Positions 13,001 through 28,100 of a stretch of DNA of 64,000 bases are shown here, piece by piece. This stretch comes from Rhina ancylostomus (Eukaryota), in contig JARFYF010000056.1 of assembly GCA_030265395.1 (NCBI GenBank), positions 13,541,223 through 13,605,222 of the forward strand, written 5' to 3'. The notes beneath the pieces were generated by a model. The model saw only the letters and a program-made list of their open reading frames with translations, made no database searches and was not told where the DNA came from. The translations under genes and the position numbers were made by a program. Numbering within the stretch: the first letter of the stretch is position 1; the number at the start of each line of letters is the position of its first letter.

Positions 13001-16000
13001 AGTTTTATCTGATTTCAAAAATATCTCTGCACCTGTTGTATAAATTTTAGTAAATACGATTGCAGATGGATAAAGTGATCTATATATGATTTTGGCTTGT
13101 AGCTAATGAAAAAGTAAATGAAACTGGATCTTGTCCATCAAGATTAAAGCATGCACCACCAGATTCTCAAAACTATTTTGTGTCAGATAACTTTGTGTCA
13201 CATAACTTCATGTGTCACAGAACCATTATGGCCATTCACAAAATTATTGTAGCTTTGAGAACTGAAAGTTTTTTTTAAATTGAATTCATTGTTTTGTGTT
13301 CAGATTACTTTTTAAAAGAAAGTTCTTGCATACTATGTTTTCTAAAAATGCTAAAATCCATTGTGTGTATGTTTCAATCTGATTCTAATTTTTCTACTAA
13401 TTTCAAAGTAGGAAGGGTTTCTTACGCAGGGATCAGAAATCCTGTTTTTGTATTAGTGATGAGTTTGGGACCATGGTTCTTTGGTGATTAATTGTACTTT
13501 TTGGGGAAAAAAGGCTTCCACGATAATTATATTCCCTTCACATTTTTAAGATCTGACACCTTTACTTTCCTTGTTGTTATTTATTTAGTTCTCTAGTGAT
13601 CCTGAGAATTCTCCAACAAATTTCTATGGATATTAGTGCTACTTAAGATCAAAACGTTCATTCAGCTTAGAATAAATTTTTGAGTTAAATAATGCACAAT
13701 TGCATTATAAGGACTTTTTCTTTAAAATAAGTATCAATTTCCACACCTATAAACTACTGCCAAAACCAATGTAAATGTATTGGCTATTCAAAAGGCTAGT
13801 TATAACATTTCAAAACTGACAGATCGAAGATATTTTACCATTCCAATTGGTGGGCTATCATTCCATCTCTGTAGCTGTGTAGTTAAAATGCTGGACAGAC
13901 AGGCAGCTGCATCAGGCAAGCGTATAGGATTAAATCCAAATATGTAGAAATCTTCATTGCTTCTAATCTGGTGTAGTGAAAAGAATGTTTTGTTTTTAAA
14001 GGTAGCTAAAAGCCCAGGGTTAACCTAATGATGAAAAATGACATCTTTTTAAAAAAAAAGATTAATAGCATGGTAGAGATCTGTGCAAATGTTGATGCTG
14101 CTAAGTTTCAACCACAAGACATTGCTGCAAGTACCAAATTTTTTTATAAATGGGAATGAAGAAAAAATTTGCTGACATTTTTTAAAACTATCCAGCGATA
14201 GCCATGATCTTTTAATCTGAAGGTTCTGATAACAGCACTGTGCAGAAATAACAACACATATTAGCAGTAATTGAAAACACAAAGTACAGTTGCTGGAGAT
14301 ACTTGGCAGGCCAGGCAATATCTGCAGAGGGAACCAATTATCATTTTAGGTCAATGATCCCTTATCACCATTTTTTTTGTTGTTNNNNNNNNNNNNNNNN
14401 NNNNNNNNNNNNNNNNNNNNNNNNNNNNNNNNNNNNNNNNNNNNAATTAAATGGTTATAATATTCTTTTGAACTAGATTTTCTTTATATTATCAATGATG
14501 AAATAATGTGAGTCAGAAAACTACTCTGTTGAAATAGTATTGTCTAGTGTATAACTTTAGTTTATCTGTTTGCTTTCCAACTCTGCAAACAAAATCCAGA
14601 TATCTTGAATGGAGGATTGTTTGATAGCAGTTTCTCCATGTAGTCAACTCATAATTTGAGGAAGTTAGAATTATCTGTTTAATTTGAATGAATGTAATTT
14701 GAAACCCAGTTTTGTTGAAATTGCTTAATTGACCTGAAGAATCTGCTGGCTCCATTTTCAGATAAAAGAGCTGTTAATTAACTGCATTTGACTGAATGCT
14801 AAACAGGAGTAACAGTGGGCTTATGATCCTTTAAGCTGAAAGTAACTGAACATATTGAAACATTTTTGATGGCAAAATTAAAAATCCCAGGTTTTATTGT
14901 CTAAGAATATTAGAGCACAGTACATATCAAAAAAATTTCCATGGACTGGTGCAGTTTCATTTGCTTTTTAAGCATGCGCTGGTAGAAACCAACAATAACT
15001 GTTCACTTTTATTAATTTATCTTTTCATTTTTTTTGTTCCTCCACTCTCTTTGAATCTGCATGTGCACACAGACACGAAACCAAGAGCTGACTGTAGCCC
15101 TTGACTCCAGCAATTTATCAAATAAAGAATTATGTGCAAAGATAGAGGAATTGGTAAGGGAATGTGGAGTTTGTTGTAGCAGCATTTGATGATATCTAGG
15201 TGCCTCTGTGCTTTTCCACCTATTTNNNNNAAACAGCATGGTAAAAGAAGTTGATCAGTTATCATCAAACTAAATCTGTCAAGGCCAGAAAGCAAACCTG
15301 CTTTGCATTATAAATATTAAGGTTCTCTGTGTTCTACATGTTATTAAGGGAGACATTAGTGTGGAACTTTAATCATAATGTGCAATATATTTTCTTCTGT
15401 GATTGTTTTGTCAACATCTAAGTGCAGTGCAACCAGGGTTTCCTATGGATGAATGATCTCTTCTGCAGTTTCTTGGTTTATCATCTGCACTGCATGAAAG
15501 AAGTTCCTGTTTTCATTTAGTCATCTTCCTCCCCTTGTATTTGCGTTTTTCTTTTCTGGGTGTATGTTGCATGGAGCACTTACTAGGTCAACTGCAAAGC
15601 CAAACATATTGTTAGGGGACTGAGTTAATAAAGGTCTAAGCAGTGGTTTCTAGAGGATGCTTTTTGTTTTGCCCCACAATAGTCACCTGCATTTTGCTTT
15701 CTAAAAGGAGTGTGCATCCCAGTCTGAAATGTGCTGTAACAGAATGCCACATTGCAATCATTAGGGACCTGTTACATACTAATCACTGAACTGCCANNNN
15801 NNNNNNNNNNNNNNNNNNNNNNNNNNNNNNNNNNNNNNNNNNNNNNNNNNNNNNNNNNNNNNNNNNNNATTTCTAAAGCCAATACTGCACTGAACATGTC
15901 CATTCATATATTTGTAATCATAGTTCACTTAAGAGTTTGCATCACAAATTATGGGCATTTCATTGGTCCAATAAAAGTTTGTCAGGCATCAGTACCTTAA

Positions 16001-16087
16001 AATCATTCTCAATTCTGAAATGCTGAGTGAGAGGGCATCATTAATCTACTGAAAAACAAATGCCTCCTCTGTGAGAATAGAACAGTG

Positions 16088-16119
<32 letters not shown>

Positions 16120-19100
16120 AAGCAAACACATGCACGTGTTCTTCAGGGCTGTCCAGATAGCTAAGGCCTGCCTTGCTGAGAGCCAGAAATGGAGGTGATC
16201 CTATCAAGAACAGGTAATCAGTGCTTACTGGTAGGAATATTTTGAGGAACTCCTCCACCCCAACTGTCCTTGATGTGAGTGTCCTTGACTCCATTAGACA
16301 GCAGACTATCTGGTCCACCTCACAGCCACTCTGACAAGAAGTTCAAAAGCCACATACCAAGTGAAAGACCACTGAGTCTCAGGAGCAAATGGTATACTTG
16401 CTGAAGTTCTATAACTTGATAAACTTCATTCAAAAATTCACACCCTCTCTTCTCAGATATGGGAAGGAGGAGGACAAGCAAAGGGGTAATCGTGATCCCA
16501 TTCAAGAAAGGTGACAAATCCAATTGTGGTAGCTACAGAGGAATCTCCCTGCAGCCTGCCAGAGCAAAAGTTGCCAGGGTCCTACACTACTGCCACCTTC
16601 TCGTGAAAGAGCTGCTTCCCAAGTTGCAGTGTGGATTCCATTCCATCTTGTCACACATTGGATGTGGTTTTCACCACGCTGATTCCAAGAGAAATGCAGG
16701 GAGCCGCATCTACTGCCAAACGTGGCCATGTTTTAAGAACTGTATTTTGTTCTTGACCTTTTGCAAATTTTTTTTTATTTTAAAAAAAAAATTATTTACA
16801 GCATGGTAACAGGCCCTTCCGGCCTAACGAGTCCACACTGCCCATAATTTAAACCCCAAATTAACCTACCCATATGTCTTTGGAATGTGGGAGGAAACAG
16901 GAGCACCCGGAAGAAACCCACGCAGACACAGGAAAATGTACAAACTCCTTACAGGCAGCAGCGGGAATCGAACCCGGGTCACTGGTGCTGTAATAGCGTC
17001 ATGCTAACCATTACGCTACTGTGCCGCCCCATATATGCCATAGGGAAATTGTTACAAGCTATTATTATAGAAGGTATAGCAGAGCATTTACAAAATTTAA
17101 GGTAATCAGGACAAAGTCAACGTGGTTCAGTGAAAGGAAAAACACATTTCACCAATTCATTGGAGTTCTTTGAAGAAGTAACATGCGCTATGGATAGAGG
17201 GAACTGATGGATGCGCTATAGTACTATAAATTCCAGAACGCACTTGATAAGATGCCATATCACACGTTATTGGTGAATGTCGGAGACAACATCATGGTGT
17301 GCCTAGAAGATTAGCTGGTAACGAGAAACAAAGTAAAAATAAATGCGTCTTTTCCTGGTTGGTTTGATGTCCTTAACAGATTTTTCAGCCCACTGAGTTC
17401 ACGCCAACCATCAAACACCTATTTACACTTATCCTGCACTAATCTCATTCTTTTATTATTCTCCCCACATTCCCATCAGCTTCCCCCAGATTCAACCACT
17501 TACCTGCACACTAGGAGCAATTTACAGTGACCAATTACCCCATGAACGTGCAAGCCTTTGAAATGCAGCAGGAAATCGGAGCACCTTGAGCCACGTGTCT
17601 CAGGAAAGATGTGCTGGCCCTGCAGAGGGTCTAGAGGAGATTCATGAGAATGAAAGGCTTAACATATGAGGAACGTTTGATGGCTCTGGGCCTGTACTCG
17701 ATGGAGTTCAGAAGGATGAGAGGGGATCTCAATGAAACCTAACAGATACTGAAAGGCCTGGATGGAGTGGACGTGGAGAGGATGTTTCCATTAGTAGGAA
17801 AGTCTCAGAATAAAGTGACGTCACTTTAAAACTGACATGAGGTGGAATTTCTTCAGCCAGAAGTTGGTGAATCTGTGGAATTCGTTGCCACAGAGGGCTG
17901 TGGAGGCCAAGCCATTGGGTGTATTTAAGGCAGGGATTGATAGGCTCTTGATTAGTTAAAGGGGTTAAGGGTTACAGGGAGAAGGCAGGAGACTGGGTTT
18001 GAAAAAAAAAAATCAGGCATGATTGAATGGCAGCATTCTNNNNNNNNNNNNNNNNNNNNNNNNNNNNNNNNNNNNNNNNNNNNNNNNNNNNNNNNNNNNN
18101 NNNNNNNNNNNNNNNNNNNNNNNNNNNNNNNNNNNNNNNNNNNNNNNNNNNNNNNNNNNNNNNNNNNNNNNNNNNNNNNNNNNNNNNNNNNNNNNNNNNN
18201 NNNNNNNNNNNNNNNNNNNNNNNNNNNNNNNNNNNNNNNNNNNNNNNNNNNNNNNNNNNNNNNNNNNNNNNNNNNNNNNNNNNNNNNNNNNNNNNNNNNN
18301 NNNNNNNNNNNNNNNNNNNNNNNNNNNNNNNNNNNNNNNNNNNNNNNNNNNNNNNNNNNNNNNNNNNNNNNNNNNNNNNNNNNNNNNNNNNNNNNNNNNN
18401 NNNNNNNNNNNNNNNNNNNNNNNNNNNNNNNNNNNNNNNNNNNNNNNNNNNNNNNNNNNNNNNNNNNNNNNNNNNNNNNNNNNNNNNNNNNNNNNNNNNN
18501 NNNNNNNNNNNNNNNNNNNNNNNNNNNNNNNNNNNNNNNNNNNNNNNNNNNNNNNNNNNNNNNNNNNNNNNNNNNNNNNNNNNNNNNNNNNNNNNNNNNN
18601 NNNNNNNNNNNNNNNNNNNNNNNNNNNNNNNNNNNNNNNNNNNNNNNNNNNNNNNNNNNNNNNNNTCCTGTTTTTTTTTGTTAATTCCCCCCCCCCCCCC
18701 CCCCCCTTTGGTATGGGGTTGCCTGAGCAAAGCATCAAGTGGAATGGTGGTGTGTTCCTTTGAAAAGGAAACAGCAGTCCCCAAGATACCTCTGGGATCA
18801 TTATTCAGTGACCAAAGATTTGTTTTGTTCTTCCAAAAATAAAAATCTTCAAAGGTACCAAAAAAACACCAAAATTATATATTTTCTGAAGGATGGTGGG
18901 GTGGGGGGGTTGCACTGGGAATAATAATCTTGTGCCTTGGAAATGTTATTTTGGAAGACCAGAGAAGTAACCTGTAATCCATGTTCTGATGTTCATCATC
19001 AGTACATGTAGAAAAATAAAGCCTCGTTTGACATCGTAACCTGATGTAACCAAGGTATGGCATTTCACATCCACTAGTAAATGATCTTATCATGAAATTA

Positions 19101-22100
19101 AATACAAGGCAGAAAATTCATGAGCAGAGTTTAAAGTCAGAGTCCAATGCAAAGCTAAGAAATGTGTAAACCATCTGCAGTGTATGAAAAAGGCAGTTAT
19201 TCTGAGAGGAGCAAAGCTGCAGAGACTTGTGCAGAATGGCTACACGACTCTAGCTAAGTTATCTGTATTTGGTTGTATAGTTGTATTCTCTCACATCAGC
19301 TCTGAACGGGGCAGTATNNNNNNNNNNNNNNNNNNNNNNNNNNNNNNNNNNNNNNNNNNNNNNNNNNNNNNNNNNNNNNNNNNNNNNNNNNNNNNNNNNN
19401 NNNNNNNNNNNNNNNNNCTCCATGTACCTATCCAACAGTCTCTTGAAAGACCCTATCGTATCCGCCCCCACCACCGTTGCCGGCAGCCCATTCCACACAC
19501 TCACCACTCTCTGAGTAAAAAAACTTCCCCCTGACATCTCCTCTGTACCTACTCCCCAGCACCTTAAACCTGTGCCTCTCATGGCAACCATTTCAGCCCT
19601 GAGAAAAAGCCTCTAACTATCCACACAATCAATGCCTCTTATCTTATACACTAATTGTTTTGAAATGTAAAAGCCCATCAAGGAAAAGCCTCTTGCACAA
19701 TTAAAATCTATTCTTTTCTGGTTCGTTGGACTTAAAATATTGGTCAATTATTTATGGACATTGAGAATAATATTACTAGGGAAATAGCCCTATTATAATA
19801 TAAAAGTCAAATGTTAAAATACACTTCGATGCCCTTTTCTTTCACCACATTATTAGAAATAGGCTGTTGAAGATGAGCCAGAAAAATCAGGCCAGTGAAA
19901 ATTCTGCAAACCCATGTACTGATTTTCCCCTGAAACAAACAGAAGTTGAGGAATTTGCTAGGTTGCGAAGCCTACTAGGGTAGAATCAACCATTTTTAAT
20001 TAATAAAAAATTCTGTTTATCCTTTAGGAACATTTTCAATATTGGTAGTAATTCATTCCTGAACTTGGTTTGCTCGCTCCTGTATTTTACAATTTCAAAA
20101 TGAAGTTCTGTCCTACTGTGTGATAACTTTCCTATTAGAATGTATATTCAGTGGCATTCATTGAGCTTTCCTTGTCTCTGATTTTTGTCTGGGTCAAGTG
20201 TGATATTAGTAAGTGGTTAGACTTGATCTAAGGCTGGGAGCAGATCTTACATTTTCTTGTCATATGTGGCTTTTGTTATCCAGGGAGAGAGAATTACATT
20301 TTTAAACAATGCCTTTCATAATGTCAAATGTCCAGAAGCCCTTACTTTTGACATTTTGTGCAGGATATTTGATAGTTTGAATATGTTCACTAACTGCAGT
20401 TTGCAGTTAACAACTTGGATCTGTCCTTGTTTGAGGGACGAGTCTTGGCTCGGACATGAGGGATAAATTCACTGCTCCTCATTGAAATAGTTAAATGGAT
20501 TATGTTAAGTAAACCTAAGAGAATATCCAATAAAAAGCCCCCCAGCACAGAATTTACTCAGTACAATCACTCCTCGTTGGAAAGGGTTCCATAACCTTGC
20601 AACTCAGTGGTACTGTTACAACTGGCATTTTTCAGTAACACTGGAGTACTCTGATCAAAATTCTTTGGCATGCATAATTTGAATAAATATGTACTTGGCT
20701 TTTCATTCAGCTGTTGTTAGTGGCAATGGGCAGGGGTATGCTTGCACAGTGAACCTCAATCTACATCTGCATCTTTAAACTGCAATAGAATGCCAACTTT
20801 TTATGAGCAACTGTGCTGAAAGAGTTGAACTTTAAGCTTGCAGTCTTTATTTTGTTTCTTATCTATGTTTGTCCTTTAATTAAAATAGAATTAACCATCA
20901 TTCAGAAAATGGAACCCGATTTTTGGTTGGCAATGTTAACTGATCAACTTCTCAGTGTCATGTAACTTTGTATTTTCAGTCCATTATAGATGCATGGAAT
21001 GTTTTATGCTTTTAATTTTGCAAAAGCATGACTGTTGTATATTGCATGGTTGCTTGAACTGTAGATTAATTGCCAGCCATGAATGGAAACTGATCCTTAA
21101 AGTGGCTGCCCCTTAACTGTCATCTTTCACCTGGAATATGTACAATAGCTCTATGTTCAAGTGAAGTAAACTGAACATAGGTTCTTGGACTAGTGCCTTC
21201 AAATTAATGAAAGGGAAGTGTAGGAGGAGAAGAAACTGCAGGAAAACAGGGATTTAGGATAAGAAGAGGTGGGTTACACAGACCAAAGGGAACGGAGGGT
21301 CTCCTTAATGGCACCTGCTCAATGGTCCATGATGGTATGATGTTCTTCTGTTTGGTGTTTGGTGTTTGAAGCTCAGTGCAGAGGGAGAAAGGTTAAATGT
21401 GGTTGACCATGGCAAAGTGAAACTGGGGGGCTATTCATTGCCTGATGTTGGATTAATTTTGGCCCAGCAGAAGGAAGCAAGATAGAGCTTCGTTTTGTTG
21501 TTCCAAACCAGGTGATCTGCCAGTTAGACCTCAGGTAGTCCTTGTACATTCAAGTTTGATATGGGGTAGATAAAATGATGTTCTAAATGGTGAATAATGG
21601 GGAAATATTTAATTAGGAACCCTGTGTATCTTCCTTCTTATTGTGAGCAATGCCATGGGGAATCTGTTAGTTTGTGGGTGTTTGACTGCATTTTTCCCTG
21701 CAATCCAAATTTAGTACTGCTATATTTAGAAACTGATCTAAAACTTGAATTATTTGTGTGTGTGTGTGTGTGTATACGCAGAATGATTTTGAAGTTTGCT
21801 TTGCATTGCCAAATAAATAACACTGATGTGCTATTTCAATGGGAGGTATCAATTTTACATTAATGAACTTTTTGGCTCTATTCAGGATATTTGGGGTGCT
21901 TTTTTTTGTCGTTTGAGTTTTGGCAACTGCTGCATTTCTCCAGGGTTTTGTGGGAGTGCAGGAGTAAAATGTTGGGAAATTTGTGATTTCTGTAGCTTCA
22001 CTGTAGCTTTCACATCTGATTTCTCCTAACAGAAACAACACAACAAAGACCTTAGTGGTCAGCTGGAGAAGGTAAAATACCAGCATTAATGCTCTCAGAT

Positions 22101-25100
22101 TTTTGCTTTCAGTGCTAATAGGGTTATTGGGAGGGTTGGCAGGTGACTTACCCCGATATCTTTGCCAATGCTTTTTTTCCTCTTGTGATTATTTGATAAA
22201 TTTTCCTCCTCCTCCAATCAATTTGACCAGAAGTTGAAAGGATATACGGCTTGATTAGCCAATGCCTCTAGTAATTCAGTTGTCCAGTGGTCTATGATGA
22301 TTCTTTCCTTCCTCTTCTCTGTCCCCGCCCCTGTCTTTTCCCCATATCTCCCACTAGGAAAGATATGTTTGGTCTCTAATTGAAGAGCCTGGTGCTTCAA
22401 TGTATCAACAAGGTTCAAAGTATGTTCTTCAGTAAAGTACAAAGGAGGGGAAAGTTAGATTACATTCTTGGTGAGGTAGGAATTTTTTTTCCTTAAACCG
22501 GGAAACATTTTGGTTTGTATTCCTGCGGGGATAAGTTCCCGTTTTAGTATAGGCTCTTTCCTCTTGGCCTTTCAGGAAGCACAATGCTCCTCTTATCCCT
22601 TTCAAGCTCCAGTGAGCTTCAGCCATCCTGTTTCTGGTATCACTGTCTGATATTTCCCTTAGTTTCACCATTTCCAGAGCAGTGGTTCAGTTGGAAAAAC
22701 TGGATATTTAAATCCACTTTTATAAATCTCTGCAACCCTTAACGTTGCAGTTCATAGCTGTAAAATTCAGGGACAAATTGCCAGCTCAATTCTACCTAAG
22801 TATCCTTTCCCATACTCTATGTTGAGAATAAACAACAATACCTCTCCAATATATCAAGAACTAAATGTATAATTGTGGTGTTGAGTTTCACCCACGTTTG
22901 TTAGCAAGCTGACGAACAGGAAATTCTAAAATGCATATGTTGGCATTTTACTAAAATCTTAAATGGAGAAAGTAATCGTTACTAATAATGAATTGGGAAA
23001 CACATGCCCTTTTGAAAAGCCCAGCAAAAGAAGTTCATGATTAAATTGCCCCAGATAGTAGCATACAATACAAAACTTTTGCTGGTAGCACTTTCTAGAC
23101 TTTAAAGTCAATGGCAAATGAATAAATTGTTAGGGGAAGTGGTAGTGCAACCCTGGAAAGGTCATTGGGGAAATTGGGGCACTGTAGCTCTGGATTCAGT
23201 CAAGATTTCAGTTCCTGACTGCCATCCAGTGGTCTCTTCTGAAATTGCACTTGGACTTCTGAAGCTGCTTCCCTTGAGAAAGAAGATTGATCACTGTATA
23301 CTCGAAAGCAAAATCTAAACTTCTACTACTTCAGATTAACTCTGAGTGACTAATGACTGTCTTACTATTCAGTTTATGAATTGGGCAATCATATGTCCCA
23401 GAATCTTGCAATATCTGGTTTTCTTTGTTTTATACCTGGTGGGTCTTGTTGCCTAGCTCAGCATACAAGATGTTAAGTGAATCAGATTGCAACTTGTTCT
23501 CACTTTATGCTTGGAATCTTGTTTGTTTAGTACCATATGACATAGTAAAGTATATCTCTGTGTTTACTTAGGAAAAGAGAGATTCTGAACAGAAGTATTT
23601 CAAGGAGCAAGTGTCTATGAGAGAACAGCTACAAGTAAGTTCTTCTAGATGCAAGTTTTCCTTCAATTCTCCTTCCTTAGAGACACTTACTGCCTGGTGA
23701 GGCTGAGGTTTCATGAGTATCTCTTAATACCTCAAGTTTTGGCTCAGTTACTAGCACTCTTGCCTTTAAGTCAAAAGTGGGTTCAAGTCCTCCACAGACA
23801 TGAGCCTTTGTGGCTCAATGGGAAGAACACCTTGGGAGAACTCAATTCTCCTCATCTGTGTTATTGTTTGACCAATCCCTGTTCCCTTGATTATTGCTGC
23901 TTATGGGGCCTACTTTGTGGAACATCCCTATAATACCTAAGTGACTGTACTCCAAAAATAATTAGCTGAAAAGCATTTCAGGATGGGTGAGTTTGTTTGC
24001 TTATTCATTTCAAAACAAGAATTCTGGTCCAGTTTACCCTCCATTCTCTTTTCACTCCCATTTCTATAACCTGGTATAATGATCCAAATTTTAGTGCCTG
24101 AATGCCACCACAATTGAGCTCAAATAATTTGGCCGCTAACCAGTTGAACTGGGTATTTCCTAGTATGTAGGTACATAGAATTTGATTGCTCATTGTCTCA
24201 ACCAGCTGAGGAATTGGACAACTTCCAAATGAAATTTGTGATGGATCTTTACAAAAATATTCATTAAATGATGATTGAGATTTGAGCTTTGCAACATTTC
24301 CTGAGTAGAAGGAAGCACTAGGTTATCTGGGTCTTAGCCACATGCTTTTTAAAAAGCTCATCTAAAAACTGTATAATTATATTGCACAATATTTGGCTAT
24401 ACTTAGTGTTCTTTAAGCCAGCTATTCTTGGGTGAATGTAAGCATTTCAACCAGCAGAAATAGAGGCATTGGTCCAAAATAAGTAGTCAGGTGAACTATA
24501 ATGTTGTGACTTCAAGTGCAAAATGCTGAGTAGATGCTGGGGATCTTAAAATCAAGTTATTAAATGAATCTGGAATTAAAAAAAAAAGCTAGTCCAATTA
24601 TCATAACTATGTAATCACCATATTATTGTAAAATCCATTTTGATTCATTAATATATACTTAAGGGATGGAAATCTGCCATCCTTGCCTGGTCTGACTTGG
24701 ACATGACTCCAGACCCTACCAGTGTAGTTTACTCATAATTGTGTTCTCAGACCAGGAGAACTTGGGGGTGGATAATAAGTGCTGCTGTTGTCCGTGTTGC
24801 CCATATCCAATTAAAAAATTAATTAAAAATTGTTGTTTACCAAAATGAATAACTGAGAATGTTGAATAATTTAATGTTATCTCCAGGTTCACATCCAGAC
24901 CATTGGAATTTTGGTATCTGAGAAATCGGAGCTTCAGACAGCTTTAGTTCACACACAGCAGGCAGCAAGGCTTAAATCAGGTAAAGCCTTTAGAGTTATT
25001 AAAGTCTTTTGTTTCTCTGCCAACCAACCTTGCTTTTGTTTTTGTTTGATGACACTGATGGAAGCCATCATCAACAGTGCTATCAAGTAGTACTTACCCA

Positions 25101-28100
25101 CCAATAATGTCCTCGCCAATATTCAGTTAAGATTTCACCAGGACCACTTGGCTCCAGAGCTCATTCTGGGTGATAAACTGGCACAGCTAGAAGAGTTGCA
25201 GCTCCAATGATATGGTTTTCATCCTGACCTCCAGTGTTGTCTGTGTGGTTTGCATGTTCTCCCTGTGACTGCGGGTTTCCTCTGGGTGCTCCAGTTTCCT
25301 CCCATGTCCTAATAACGTGCAGGTTTGTAGCTTATTGGTCACTAAATTACACCCCATATTTGGTGAATGGTAGAATCTGGGGAGAGTTGATGAGAATGTG
25401 GGAGAATAAAATGGGATTAATGTAAATAGATGTTTGATGGTTGGTGAGGACTTGGTGAGCCAGAGTCTGTCTCTGTGCTGCCTAACTCTGACTCATTATA
25501 GCCTTGATTCAAAAAATGAAGCAAGGAGCCAAATTCCAGAGGTGACGTGAGAGTGACTGCCCTTGACATCAAGGCATCATTTGATACCAGCTATTTTCAC
25601 TTTTACCAGGAAGCTTTGATGCCTGGTAAAAGTGAAAATAGCTGGTATCAAAGAGTAAACATTCTAGGTGGTTGAAATCGTGTCTTGCCTGAAGGAAGAT
25701 AATTGTGGTCTTCAGGGCATCACTGGAGGTGTTCTTCAGAGCGGTGTCCCAGCTCAGTCATCCTTAGCTGATTCATCAATGGTCTTCCTTCATCATAAGG
25801 TCAGAAGGTGAGATGTTGCTGATGATTTTGCAACATTTAATTCTGTTCACAGCTCCTTAGCAAATGAAGTGGTCCTAGCAGGACCTAGACAATATNNNNN
25901 NNNNNNNNNNNNNNNNNNNNNNNNNNNNNNNNNNNNACAAGTTCAGGCAATGACCATCTTCGACAAGAGAGTTTAACCACCTACCCTTGGCATTCAATAG
26001 CATGGCCATTGCCAAGATCATTTCCTGCAGGTCACCATTGACCAGAAACTCAACTGGACCAGCCATGAGTAGATCAGGGTCGTGTGAGTGACTCAATTCC
26101 TGACACCCCAAAGCTTTTCCACCATCTACAAGGCACAAGTTGGGAGCATGATGGAATATTCTCTACATGCCTGAATAACTGCAATACTAACAGCTGTCAA
26201 GGATCTGAACACCATCCAGGGCAAAGCAGGTGGCTTGAATGAGACTTCAAAAACTACCCTAAACATTTATTCCTCCTTCCACTGATGTGCAGTGCCTGTA
26301 CTGTGTACCATCTACAAAATACTCCACAGTTACTTGCCCAAGCCACTCGAACATATGTCTGAAACCTATGACCTCCACCACCAAGAAGAATGAAGGCAGC
26401 AGATGCATGGGTATAATGCTACCTGCAAGTACCCCCTTAAGTCCACACTCAACTGACTTGGAATTATCTTGCCAGTCCTTCATCATCTGATCTGAATCCT
26501 AAATCCTTGCCCAACAGCCCTGTGAGAGTAACCTCACCAGAAGGACTGCAGTGGTTCAAGAAGGCAACTCTCACCACCTCAAGGGCAATTCAGGATGGGT
26601 TTGGCAACATTGTCCATGTTGAAATTGAGCTGCTTAACAAAAAGCTCCTGTAAAGAGCCTTGGAACATGTAGAAACCTGCTGTTCTTATCACAGATGTTT
26701 TTAAACAGTTTTTAACAAAAACAAGTTTGCAGTGCTTCATCTAGGTTATCTTCATTGATTCCTTGCCTCTTTCCAGCAATGTATAGAAGCTTTAACGTGC
26801 TTCTATCATGTGGTTTTTTAAATTAAATTTAAGAATGCTATAATGTTTATCACTCGCAGTGTTGTGGAATTTCACTCAATTATGCAAAACCTAACATCTA
26901 TGCAAGGCAGTGCCAGAACAAACTGTTCTGGCAGAACAAGTTTTCTGGGTTAATGAGAACTTGAAACAAAGGTGTAACCTGTTTCAATGCATGCAAATAT
27001 TTCAGTTGATAGGGGACCATTCTTCTCTTGATGGATGCAGATAATTATTACAGAGCTGGACTCAACAGAACTCCTGAAGGTCTTGGAGTCACAGGATTGT
27101 ACATGCTGGGATCTGGAGCAAAGAACAAGCTGCTGGAGGAATACAGTGGGTCAGGAACCATCCGTGGAAACAGAGATAGTTGACGTTTGAGGTTGAGACC
27201 TGATGCAAGATCTTGACCTGAAACATCAGCTATTCCTTTGCCTCCATTGATGCTGCCCGACCTGCTGAGTTCCTCCATCAGCTTTTTGGTCCTAAGGCTC
27301 TCTGTGGTTTTTAAGTTGCAGCACATGCCTGCATACCTGTTGTACTTTCACTGGGAACAGGAATCTGTTCCCACTCCTCCTCATCTAATCCTAATGGAGT
27401 CTCCTTTTTATTCACCCTTCATGTGCATCACCTTAAATGCATTTGTGTTATATATAAAATGGAGACCAGAACTGTAGAATACTTAAAAGTAGAGTCATAG
27501 ATTCTAAACTATTTAGCATAACTTTCCTGCCTTCTATTTCTACCTGTATCGACCAACTGGCTGGAGTATTCAAGGACATCTTCAACCTCTTACTGCTGCA
27601 GTCTGAGGTTCCGACCTGCTTTAAAAGGGCAGCCATCATTCCAGTGCCCAAGAAGAGCAGGGTGAGCTGCCTCAACGACTATCGCCCGGTAGCACCCACA
27701 TCTACTGTGATGAAGTGCTTCAAGAGGTTGGTTATGGCTGGAATTAAATCCTGCCTGAGCAAGGACCTGGACCCACTGCAATTCACCTGCCCGCCACAAC
27801 AGGTCTACAGCAGACGCAATCACTCTGGCTCTCCACTCTGCTTAGACAATCACAAGGCTTGCATCAGGCTACTGTATATCAATTACAGCTTGGCGTTCAA
27901 CACCATTGTTCCCTCAGTAGTAATAACCAAGCTTCAAAACCTGGACCTCTGTACTTCTGTCTACAATTGGATCCTCAACTTCCTTATAGGGAGACCACAG
28001 TTAGTGTGGATCGGTAGCAACTTCTCCTCCTCGCTGACAATCAGCACAGGTGCATCTTAAGGATGCATACTTAGTTCACTGCTCTGCACTCCCTAGTCTA

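Noticed and set aside
17972-18842. Longest ORFs in the track (220-270 aa)
   Set aside because: They consist mostly of N-gap codons.
26911-26933. 10-bp inverted repeat tgccagaaca/tgttctggca
   Set aside because: Short enough to arise by chance or a small local event; no supporting context.
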